The translations under genes and the position numbers were made by a program. From positions 1 through 64,000 of the forward strand of contig JYFJ02001803.1 in assembly GCA_000934665.2 (NCBI GenBank): a stretch of DNA of 64,000 nt, written 5' to 3'. Positions 13,601 through 61,082 of this stretch are shown here, piece by piece (the stretch's first letter is position 1; every line of letters starts with the position of its first letter). The notes beneath the pieces are model-generated. The model did not search any database, was not told where the DNA came from, and worked only from the letters and a program-made list of their open reading frames with translations. Source of the stretch: Catajapyx aquilonaris. Its lineage: Eukaryota.

Positions 13601-15129
13601 TTTATGTCACCTGTACAAGTTCACATGATTCAATCTTTTTACATCTTTCTTCTTTCCATTTCCTAGTGCTTTTTGTGTCGACCCTGATGGAAAGATATTG
13701 GAAAGCTTTATAGTTCCCCGCGGTTCTGACGCAGGCCGACAAATGAATTGCAGTAAGTATTGTGCCGCTCTATTTTACAGCAGAGAAACTGTAAACCTGG
13801 AAATTAATTCAAAGTCTCATTACGGCTGATGGATGAGATGAGTCGGGCTCACAAAACAAGCAACTGTTACAGACGCACGGGGATTCCACCAGCCTCTTTT
13901 CAACTAACGCAGATGGAATTCATGGAAAGCGTTAAAAAAATGACAAGCATCCATCTTTTTCACTGGCATGCACTGCAGGACTATAGCGCGCCTTTCCCAA
14001 AGTTTCCGGAGAATGGCTAATGTTGTAGGTGTAGCGGGGAGAAAAAAGAAACAATTACCTTTTTTTGCACTCTACTAGTTAAAGGCATATGAAGTAGCCT
14101 GACAAAAAAAAGGGCTGCGGTGTAAGACACTTTAAAATACTGGTAATGTTGTGGTTACATTGTAGGACGTGTGGTTATAATGGTGTGATTTTAGCGAACA
14201 ATTTGGGCGATGCAAGCATGCTGAATGCAATAATATTTCAAGTCCGTTAAGCTTATTTTCCGACTCATGTGGTATCACGTTCATGGAAGTGTGCTATCAA
14301 TTAATAATGTTAAAATAAATACTGCCACAATTGATTACATTATGGACCTAAACGACGATGCTTTATAAATCAGTGCAACGATGCAAGCGGGATCGCGCTA
14401 ATTTTGCAGAAATCGATTGGCACTATATCTGAAGCATGTCAAGAGCATTGTTGTTGTAGCTCTATTAGGCCCATTTTGAAAAGAAAAAAAGTGTAACCCT
14501 TCAACATGTATGCATATATGGATGAGATATAATGAACAATATAACTGGTGGTCCTCAATGATGAAAAACATCAGCAAGAGTGCTCTACTAATCAAAGTTA
14601 GTGGCATCCTCGTGCCAGGCCTATGGATTACTTCATAATTATACTTTTTGCACCCACCTCATTCGCGAACCTTCAGAATTCCTCTGACATGAAGATTGAC
14701 TTTTCTCTCTATTTTTGGGGGGTGAGATCTGGCAAAGGAAGGTGATAAGGAAGTGGCTAGTGCATTCTTTATAGCGCATTATTGAAGGTGAACCTAACCC
14801 CACGCAAACAACAAACAAGTGACACTTAACTCCAGTCGAATTTTCTTGCTTAATAGAAGGAATCTGCAGGAGGAAAACTTGCCGACTATGAGTAATAGAC
14901 GCCTGATTGGGTCGTTTCAGATTGCGCTCGGACAAACTACTTAGCCGGAAAGGAAGCCACAGGTTTCAGCAAACCCCGATGCTGTACCAATGGTAACTAC
15001 TGGCCCTGGCAGTGCAACGGAGATATATGTGTATGCGTCGACAGTAATGGTGCAGTAATGAACAGTACGCAGGTTCCGGAAGAACTTGTAGATACGTTGC
15101 ATTGTCACGATGATAAATGTCCGACATAG
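5298..15129 (+). CDS. Secreted cysteine-rich protein: signal peptide + AmFPI-1/IGFBP-like N-terminal module + 4 thyroglobulin type-1 domains (thyropin-like putative protease inhibitor), ~396 aa; join(5298..5511,5610..5726,6022..6157,7409..7488,8491..8667,13353..13524,13667..13752,14921..15129)
   Basis: All introns are GT-AG with matching phases (1,1,2,1,1,2,1). Spliced length is 1191 nt = 397 codons ending TAG at 15127-15129. Hydrophobic N-terminus MKTVLLLTAFVWWQVYS. Repeated TY motifs: PECDTDGSY..C...CYCVTKEG, PRCLANGNYDKLQC...CICTD, PTCDLDGSYYRVQ...FCVDPDG, PRCCTNGNYWPWQCNGDICVCVDSNG. Confidence 0.9.
5610..5726 (+). CDS. Thyroglobulin-repeat gene coding exon 2
   Basis: ttttcag|...|gtaagt; encodes KGDVCDTYEIGLVPNKICGPGLQC...TCQR. 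Confidence 0.88.
6022..6157 (+). CDS. Thyroglobulin-repeat gene coding exon 3 (TY1, first half)
   Basis: ttccag|...|gtaagc; encodes RTPCTDKQ...RPECDTDGSYNSYFCLPQS. Confidence 0.88.
6487..7350 (-). mobile_element. tRNA-derived SINE family A, interrupted by a hAT element
   Basis: Similar to 33215-33569 and 48589-48934; B-box GGTTCGATCC on the minus strand. Confidence 0.75.
6566..7186 (-). mobile_element. Deleted hAT DNA transposon retaining a C-terminal dimerisation-domain remnant
   Basis: TIR cagtgccgcatta / taatgcggccctg; perfect 8-bp TSD gttatgta; ORF 6785-7015 reads ALKRIKNYLR...EKLNHL..H.....RKLNFNNVLDQF. Confidence 0.88.
7409..7488 (+). CDS. Thyroglobulin-repeat gene coding exon 4 (TY1, second half)
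   Basis: ttacag|...|gtaagt; encodes CYCVTKEGNRIFGDVSSDDYVEGMDC. Too short to appear in the ORF track. Confidence 0.88.
8491..8667 (+). CDS. Thyroglobulin-repeat gene coding exon 5 (TY2)
   Basis: ttcgtag|...|gtaagt; encodes CSRDWQ...PPRCLANGNYDKLQC...LPC. Confidence 0.88.
9041..9410. repeat. Element with (CAGA/TCTG)n-containing inverted repeats, possibly Helitron/Helentron-associated
   Basis: ttatagaacggctgtctgtctg / cagacagacagagccgtgctataa, with a second gtctgtctgtctgtggacaggt unit. Confidence 0.4.
10504..10654. repeat. (TAC)n and (GAT)n microsatellites, probably the tail of the adjacent SINE
   Basis: Two long trinucleotide runs directly abut the SINE 3' end. Confidence 0.95.
10655..10908 (-). 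mobile_element. tRNA-derived SINE family B
   Basis: Reverse-complement match to 37665-37942; A- and B-box-like motifs. Confidence 0.85.
10940..11230 (-). mobile_element. tRNA-derived SINE family E
   Basis: 14-bp TSD aattacctaacaat (10926, 11231); tRNA-like head; 3' end CCTATCACGGGGTA. Confidence 0.8.
11246..11390 (+). mobile_element. tRNA-derived SINE family C (5' part)
   Basis: Matches the heads of 21322-21694 and 38289-38653. Confidence 0.8.
11401..11844. mobile_element. hAT (Charlie-like) MITE, copy 1
   Basis: TIR cagggctattcaact / agttgaatacccctg; imperfect 8-bp TSD gcctacac/gtctatac. Confidence 0.8.
11885..12210. mobile_element. Diverged foldback MITE
   Basis: Inner palindrome atatcatattaaccaaacta...tagtttggttaatatgatat; outer arms gcagacgcg..gaatctt / aagattc..cgcgtctac. 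Confidence 0.55.
12260..12753. mobile_element. hAT (Charlie-like) MITE, copy 2
   Basis: Same TIRs and internal sequence as 11401-11844. Confidence 0.8.
13353..13524 (+). CDS. Thyroglobulin-repeat gene coding exon 6 (TY3, first half)
   Basis: ttcgcag|...|gtaagt; encodes DSKIHNYMFYTKCELERNQ...IPTCDLDGSYYRVQYQGD. Confidence 0.86.
13667..13752 (+). CDS. Thyroglobulin-repeat gene coding exon 7 (TY3, second half)
   Basis: ttcctag|...|gtaagt; encodes AFCVDPDGKILESFIVPRGSDAGRQMNC. Confidence 0.86.
14921..15129 (+). CDS. Thyroglobulin-repeat gene terminal coding exon (TY4)
   Basis: tttcag|; encodes CARTNYLAG...KPRCCTNGNYWPWQCNGDICVCVDSNG...LHCHDDKCPT*. Confidence 0.88.
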
Positions 15130-15318
15130 GGCTTCTCGACTAACGAGCTGTCCAATTTCTTCTGTCTGCCTATCCGTTAATTAGGATCATTTTCCGGTTG
15201 TTTTTTGTACTCATTCCCCTGTATAGGAGTGGTCAACTTGTTCTTGCTATGAATTCAGCAGTATATTCCAATTCTCCCCACATTCCTGCCACTCCCAATC
15301 AAAACATCTGGAGTAAGC

Positions 15319-15324
15319 AATAAA
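15319..15324 (+). terminator. Candidate polyadenylation signal of the thyroglobulin-repeat gene
   Basis: AATAAA about 190 nt downstream of the stop codon. Confidence 0.5.
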
Positions 15325-16382
15325 ATTGTTTCTTTAATGAAATCCATAAAGAGAAACCATTAACCTGGTTGATTGGTGACAAAATCAAGTTTTTTGTTGT
15401 TGTCACCTGTCCTTTTGTTTTGTGGACGCCACAGGACGTGCGCCAGATGGAGCAAATGGACGTTATTGAAGATGAGTCTCTTCCAGTTGCCTTGGCGATG
15501 TATTCTGAGCCTTCTTTCAGCTTTTTCTCGCCTGCTCTCGATCAAGAGCTTCACTGTCCTGCTAACTGGGGCCAAGAGTGCATCGGGGAGGAACCAGCCA
15601 GCAGCTGTGTCCAGCAGATAGCATCGTCTGCAACAAGTCCGGGAACATTACAAGGTATGCTCTTTTTCGGTTCATGGGGATTATTGCTTCCTTTGCGGTA
15701 TTCGATTGCTGTTTCGGGATCATTTGCGTGCAGCTGGACCACAGAGGAGAAAGTTTGGATACCAGAATGGCTTCAATGGATTGCGGATTTAAAGAGGAGC
15801 CGACTTGCTACACAAGGACAATTTTTATATAATGTATTTAATATACAACACAACTATATATTTTTATTATGTAAAATGATAGCCTGCATGCCTGGGAACA
15901 CAATCACATTACTGTATTTGATAACTCGACACTCATGAATTATGATTAATCTGCTGTCCATAAATGAAGGTGATCAACATCATAGGGTTTCAGGTGAATT
16001 CTTTTCTGGAATATTAAAAACTGACATAAAAGCTTGTTCTGTGTATACTTTACTTTTGTACTCTGTGACACGCTGTGTAAGGGGATGTAGCCGTAGGCCT
16101 ACGCTACACTCTATTTCTCAATTTTGGTATTCAGAATTTAGATTTCATATTATTAAGTTTTTTCTAATTTTGAAAAAAATATGTGTAAGCCGAGCTTTAT
16201 ATGAGGAAACGTTTGTTAATTATTCTCATTCAGATAATTCCTCAAAGTATATTGATTGCGTTAACTTCAGTTTGGCATGTGCGGGATATTTTTCATTCGT
16301 GCTTTTTTTTACATTTCTTGTGACAAAGCTCCTAAAAACTATACCTTACCACGAAAGTCGTAAAACCGACAGAAATGCTATA

Positions 16383-16826
16383 CAGGGTGAAGGGAAACTC
16401 GCGTATAAACGCCAGGTAGACTGATAGTACAGTACTTGCAAAACGTAATATAGGGATGTGCAATTAGTTTTTGGCTCCCGCCGTTGCGTACGGCGCCTTT
16501 AAAGTGTAGAGGACCGCATGATAAAATATCAGGCAAAAACGACAAAGTGCACGGGTGTCGTACCCGGATTATTACTCTGACGGGATTTAATCACCTATTG
16601 CACATGGACGATGTGTTGGGGGCCCAAGGCAAGGGACCAGGGCCCCTCGAACTGACTTTTGCTTCTTAGAAGCTGGCGGAGCGGATGTGACGTCACGAAA
16701 CTTTGACGGCGCCGTACGCATTAACTATGCAACGGCTCCCAAAACTAATTATTGCACATCCCTATATTAGTTTCACGAGTACTATCAGTCTATCTGGCGA
16801 TTATACACGAGTTTCCCTTCACCCTG
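16383..16826. mobile_element. Tc1/mariner-type MITE
   Basis: Long TIR cagggtgaagggaaactcg.gtataa; TA TSD; partial second copy at ~60445-61405. Confidence 0.88.
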
Positions 16827-17095
16827 TATGTATACATTCTATATGAAGACATGGGATGTTTGAATTATAACCGTAATATTATATCATAATATTCAATTCA
16901 GACATTTAATTTTCAGCAAAAATGATGATATAATACAGCATCTCCGTCAGGAGAGGTAATGATTGGGTGGATGAACTTGATCAAGGTAAAGCTGTCGTGA
17001 TGGCATTTGACATGTCTTCTCTGTCGTGTTAATCCTAGTCCAATCGCACTTATGTCATAACAAGGTCGTACCCCTTGATATGGCATGGTCTGAAA

Positions 17096-17450
17096 CACGG
17101 TCATATAAGTAAGGTCTAGTCACTCCCACCCACCCCCTGCCGGGGCGTTTTGCAGCGGGCGCTCTCCTGAGAGCGCCAGGAGTCATTTCGGGGGCCACGA
17201 CATAGTGGCGACCCTACCGGACTAAGGCTGAACTTTATAGGTACGAAAGGGGAGGGGCTACATTGGGGGGCCCAACATGGTCGCCGGCGGCCATGTTGGG
17301 CCCCCTTCGTACCTATAAAGTTCAGCCTTAGTCCGGTAGGGTCGCCACTATGTCGTGGCCCCCGAAATGACTCCTGGCGCTCTCAGGTGAGCGCCCGGTG
17401 CAAAATGCCTCGGCAGCTGATAACGCCAGAACGTAGTATAAGTGTCCGTG
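17096..17450. mobile_element. Foldback element with a ~280-bp near-perfect hairpin
   Basis: Arms ~17137-17250 and ~17300-17416 are reverse complements; ends cacgg...ccgtg; preceded by gtctgaaa. Confidence 0.75.
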
Positions 17451-17463
17451 GGCTGGTCTGAAA

Positions 17464-17816
17464 CAACGAGATAGAATAGAATAGAGGCCGTAAAGGTCGG
17501 ACATCTTTGAAGCCAATTAGAGATAACGGGCGGCCATGTAACTTCACGGCAAGAACTTTGAAATTGTAGTATTTCTAGCCCTGTTCTCCACTCCTGCCTC
17601 CTGGCGGGACTATGACGAAAAGGCTGTCTGGTGAAAGCAACGAGGATTCTCTTATCTCTGTTTATTCCCACCCCCCGCCAGGAGGCAGGAGTGTAGACAG
17701 AGGAGAACAGGGTTGGAATGCGACAATTTCAAATTCGCGCATGTTCTTGCCGTGAAGTGGCATGGACGCCAAAGATCACGTGACCTTTACGGCCTCTATT
17801 CTATTCTATCTCGTTG
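17464..17816. mobile_element. MITE with 8-bp TSD (P-element-like or hAT)
   Basis: 35-bp TIR caacgagatagaatagaatagaggccgtaaaggtc; perfect TSD gtctgaaa (17456, 17817). Confidence 0.85.
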
Positions 17817-19049
17817 GTCTGAAATGTAGTTAGAAATGGTAGCCTATCAAATGCCCTGAAAGAGTGTTGGAAAAGTATACTTTTTTCACACACCATGCAC
17901 GGTTTACTCAGCAGTAGGCCTACTTACCCTGACATTTAAACTGATTATGAATGCTGAAAAGCGTGATGTGTGGAACAGGAACTTTGCCCTCCCTCCTGTC
18001 CCTCCTAATCCCTATCTGCCCGCCAGGAGTTCTTTAGTCCCGTCCGCCTCCCGCCAAACCACCACACCGATCACATAATCGATCCACTGCCGATGCATTC
18101 AATCATTCGTTGCTGAAAACTGATCTGCTCATGATGGCCTGCTCGTGAAAAATGAGCATACCCAGGGGGACATGGAAGTCACAGGGTGAACCAGAATATA
18201 GCCTACTACGCTACTGGCCTACCTATAGCTAGCTGTTCAATATTACACGCCCAATCAAATTCTTCGCAAATTTATATTCAAATTAAAATCAATTCTAGAA
18301 GGGATCCTTTGGAAAGAAATCGCATATATACCAAACCTCGTTGAGTAGCCTATAGCTTAGTGGCATATATCACATTGCCATCAAAAAGAGTGCTATCCAT
18401 CATATGCTGCACAGTCCAGTACAGCTGCTTTTACGTAGATGTAGGCCCTATTTTGGTGTGTTCACGAGTCATTTTGCAACATCATTGGCCTTTTTTTGCG
18501 GCAGCTTTTCAGAACTTTAATTCAAGCCCGCTATTTGTAGGTTATAAATGGGCATGGGAAAAATAACTGGGGGTTGCACTGCATGTGTACTGTACGAGCG
18601 TAAACACAAGTGTGAGGTTACACACTATTTTTTGCTCTCTAATAGTTCCTACTCTACAAATACTATTATATTTGGTAGCATGGAGCCTGTCCATTCAAAA
18701 GGCATATGAAACGATCCTAAAGCGCGGTATTTGTGTCATCGTATTTTATACACCAACTGCAGGCCGAAATAAATCATACAATATTATTAACATGCAGAAT
18801 TTTAAATCCTGCCACTGCAACTGGTGAAGTCTCATTTTGACTAATTGTGTACATCACAGTGAATACAGAGGTCCAAAATTACCAAAAATAATTTTGAGAA
18901 TCATAAAGGTAGCTTGCTCGAGACGTCAAATTTTTTAAAGATACGCTGATTAATGTTGAAAGACTGCAATAAGCAAATTAGAGTGCTGATATAATAATTA
19001 TGTCTGCTCAAACTGGAATGTACCGTACAGTAGTAAATGTCCCGTGACT

Positions 19050-19200
19050 TATGAAATAATCGATAAGCTAAATATGACCAGATAAAGGTGAGGAGGCGAC
19101 GCGACGGGGAGGGGTTGAAGTGGGTCGGGGTGGGTGGTAGAGCCAGTTTTGCTCTCCAAGCACTAAAAACCCGTGACCAAGTGTCACATCGGGTGAGTTA
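19050..19200 (+). promoter_or_regulatory. Possible Smad promoter or non-coding first exon
   Basis: DRE-like AATCGATA near 19058, a G-rich tract, a consensus donor GG|GTGAGT at 19193, and CpG-retaining sequence running toward the ATG. Confidence 0.3.
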
Positions 19201-20441
19201 TAAACATCGGTGGGAATTCCGTCGGTCGCGATAACGTAGAGCGAAAATATACTGGCTGAAGTGGTATGAAACTATTCACAACGTGAAAGTGTTTAGTATT
19301 TTACTAGCCTCATTTCCATAACGACCACACCATATATTTATGCGACGAAACGACAACTTGAGGTGCATTTTTGTGCCAGAAAAATTCAGTAATTTCTGCT
19401 ACATTAGTGGAATTATGATACCTATTTGCACACGACAAAGGATAGTCCTATAATACCTTACAAGTTATCGACTTCTGATAATTTCAATAGAGTGTATTTA
19501 AACGAGACATGATCCACCAAGTAGCTCAAAACTATCAAACAATATTCTTTAAACAAGCCTAAAATATCAGAATATTATTTAAGATAAAAATATTTAAAGT
19601 GTATTGCTAAAGTGGGCAATCCCTAACTTTTTCCCTCTTTTCTCCTTTTGGACTGTGGTGGTGGACAGTGTACCATCCTCTGCCTGTGTATTCTACTTAC
19701 GCCATTTTAGAAATCCGAACACTATGTAGAAACGACAAATAGATTTTATTACGTGGACATCGTTTCGAAAGGTTTTCTCCATGTTCTCATGTGTGTTTAT
19801 AATGAGTTATCGCGTCTCTTCCACTGCACTGTCCAAAACTTTCCCTTGATTGTTGTCGTACTCACCTTAGTGAACCTGGTCCAGTATCCTCGGTGCCTTG
19901 CTGTATCACAATTTGAATCCCGCGCCGCTAAAAATGCCGCTCCATTTTCCATCCCTACCACTCGCCATCTGTTGTCTAAACACACAACCTTCCACTGAAC
20001 ACCTACACTCTGCTACCATCTTGCGCCAATCCATCAAGTCACGCGTATGAATCGGGTTCAAACAGTCCAAACACAACAATGCCGCCTTGACATCTCCTCA
20101 ACCCCACACCGCTCCTGAGTATCCCCTTAGCAAAATCCCACTCCAATCCTTCCTCTAAAATCAGTTCCGGCCTTAGGTACGACCCACCTGCAAAATCTGG
20201 CAGGGTAGTCCGGACCTACTTTTTTGGAGATGTAGGAACACTGTCTGGCAGGAGTGGTGGTGCGGGAGAGGGCATGCAGCATGCGTTGTTATGGGCCCTG
20301 ACTGAGAACATTGAACATTCAATTGGAGCAGGTCGGACTGCTGGCGGTCACATTTTTTTTAAAAAAACTTCACGAAGCTGCCGGGTGGACAACCGGCCGA
20401 ATTTTTAAGCTGTGCAGTAGGGAGGCGGAATTAATGTAGCT

Positions 20442-58247
<37,806 letters not shown>

Positions 58248-59681
58248 AGAGAGCGGCGGCTCCTATGGATCTGCTTGACACGGGAGCCGTTTGATTTAGC
58301 TGGCTAATGGTAAAATGCAAAGAGAAGGGTGTACCAGTCACATTTACTATTATGCAGAGCCTTTCAAATGGAAGTGTGAACATATGTTTTTTGATCAAGT
58401 TTCCTTGTGTGAGGGTGGTTTGCTGGAATATTTCCGCCAGTGGTGCAATCACATTTGACGCTTGCATCTGGCATGATTGCATCACACTCCACTCTTGAGT
58501 CATTAGTCTTCCTCAACATTTTTGGCCCTAACTTGAATTTAAAAGGCTAAAAGATTTTGCCTATTATTACCAGTTGGATCTTCCCTCAGATTTGTACTGG
58601 TGAAAGGTATCAATGATCAGTTTGCACCTCATTAGCACATAAGTCACAAATCAATGAATTTGATTCAGAAGGATAGCAGGCCAAATAATTGTGAAGTAAG
58701 TTTTGTTGCTCCTATGTGGAGTCAGGCTAGTCTTTGTTCGCAACATAAAATTATGCAACAAACTGATATTATTTTACACTCCTCACAAACAAGGAAACCT
58801 AACGACAGAAGGGCATAAGGGTCAAGGTCCTGCACTGTACTTCCAGAAGGCATTGTGACATGCTCACCTTTATTTAAGGCCTTCATGTGGTGTGTTGTTG
58901 CAGCCAGTGACTAATTAATAGGTGAAAATATTTATTTCTCCCATAATTTCTAACAGGCCAATTATTTATTTGTACTTGGGTAAAGACTTTGTACTGCTCA
59001 CATGGTCATTAAGCAGTTATAGAGTTACTGCAGCCATTGATTTTTATGATATCTGTTGTTATTTAGTTGTAAGTTCTACTACTTAATGATTAGCTTGTAC
59101 CACTCAAAGGAAAAACTACAACCTCAACATTTTTTTGAGGGAAATGTTGTTGAAAGAGTCCTTTATAATTTTCAAGGAATCAAAAGAGAACAATAACATG
59201 CAGTGTAGAATGTACTGACTTGGGGTTGACATTCACAGTCTTGCACTTGTTATGCTACGCATGTGGGGTCGTAACTATCCTATAATTTTTGTGCCCCTTG
59301 GCAAACGCCCTTTTTCCTAATATTTGTTTCCTGGTTATGGTATATAGCAATATGTATTTTAAAACTGTGAATATCAATAGCGTCAGTTAGATACATGTTA
59401 CATTGGATTTTATTGGTCGCAGTTACATTGGGAGTGAATTATTAATGAGTGCATGTTAAGAGGCCAGCTGGTCTAGAGCAGCATAGGTGGGAAAGATTTT
59501 GATTGACCTTGTACAGTATAAGTAACCTTCCAGAGTTAAGCAATATCGTAAAGGGTGTCAATGTCCAAGAGTATTTTTTTTCTTATGGGATGCTGGACAG
59601 ACTTCAAGTTTTAGTTTCTCTTACAGACTGATGGCAAAGAGGGGAGTGTGGTTTCTGGCCAATTCTGGCCTGGGAGACATT

Positions 59682-59893
59682 GAGTACGTTTACATGGGAC
59701 TAAAAATCGGCCTGACCCAGGCTTCCTTAGCAAGGCCATCACCTTAGGTAGACCACCCGACCCGAAAGGCTTGGGCTGCGCCTGACAACGGATCAGATAA
59801 GGCCGGTCTATCGTAGGCCCAGCGGCTACATGGGAGTAAACCGGTTCGCCTAGCATAGGCTAGGCAGATTTTTAGTCCCTTGTAAACGTACTC
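59682..59893. mobile_element. Harbinger-like MITE
   Basis: TIR gagtacgtttaca.gggactaaaaatc. Confidence 0.75.
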
Positions 59894-60035
59894 AATGACT
59901 GGTTTTCATTGGAGATACTGGCAGGGTGGTCTAACTAGTATTTTTATTTGAATTATTTTACCTGTCTTTCCTGAGAGCTTCTGCTTAGGGGTCACCTGTA
60001 AAGTACATGACACAGAGCTTTGGCCTTTTTGACCC

Positions 60036-60441
60036 AAGAGGGTAACAACTTCGTGGAACCGGTGTACAGGGTTCCTGTGGAACCAGGTGGAACCAGCCTG
60101 GAATTGGGTGTACACTTTTCTGGGGAGTTGTTACCCCCCTTGTTTTGACCCACACTCCTACCCCCATGTCACTTGGTCAGCTGACGTCCACTCTTCTGTA
60201 TCAGTATGATGTACGTCATGGATGACCCTATTGTATTGTGGGGTACAAAGTGAGGCAAGATTTGAGTGCCAAGATTTATTGACCTGCAATTTTAGTGTAC
60301 CGTAATGATATAAAATCAAGGGGGTAACAACTTCATGGAACTGGTGTACAGGGTCCCGCTGGAACCAGCTTGGAACCGGGTGGAACCAGGTGGAAACACA
60401 GGATCTGGTGTACACTTTTTTGGGGAATTGTTACCCCCTTG
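60036..60441. repeat. Two ~110-125-bp copies of a mini-element with TIRs and GGAACC repeats
   Basis: aag(a/g)gggtaacaact...ttgttaccccc(c)tt at ~60036-60141 and ~60318-60440. Confidence 0.65.
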
Positions 60442-60500
60442 ATAGGGAGGTGCAATTAGTTTTGGGCACTGATGCTTAGTTAATGTGTACGGTGCCTTAA

Positions 60501-61082
60501 AGGGACACTCCACTCAAAATACAAGTTGGTCTTTAAAAATCAGGCAAAAAATCCTGATTCCGAGAATGCGATCCGTTTATCTCTGAGGCGAACGGTAATG
60601 ACAGGGGAAGAGACGAAAGTCGGAAAAAATTTGAGGTCTGATCAACCATGGCACCGCGCTTACTCCCCTCAGCCACCAGGCGAAGTTGGATACGGATCCC
60701 CGGCGGGTTTGAAATGCAGTTTGGTCGGATATTTCTGGCTTCTGCCAATGCATATGTTGTCACCGAGGTGTTACTTTTCAGACCTCGCCTTTACTAGGGC
60801 TCCTAATTGTTTATTGCATATGCATTGGCAGCAGCCAGAAATATCCGACCGAACTGCATTTCAAACCCGCCGGGGATCCGTATCCAACTTCCTCAGGCAG
60901 CCGCCAGGTGGCCGAGGGAGGTGAGGACAGTACTGGAGGGGCAGGGCGAAAGCAGCCAACCTACTTTGACCTTTATTTCTCGGATTACCATTAGCCGTAG
61001 AAAAAAACCTATGGTATCACCGGAATCAGGATTTCCCCCCTGATTTTTAGAGACCAACTTGTATTTTGAGTGGAGTGTCCCT
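60501..61082. mobile_element. Kolobok-like (TTAA, AGG ends) MITE nested in a Tc1-type MITE
   Basis: TTAA|agggacactccactcaaaatacaagttgg...gtgtccct|TTAA; the flanks continue the 16383-16826 family. Confidence 0.85.

Noticed and set aside
60036..60441. CRISPR-like or tandem-array interpretation of the short repeats (also 1179-1387)
   Set aside because: No constant repeat with unique spacers, no cas genes, eukaryotic context; the repeats lie within TIR elements.
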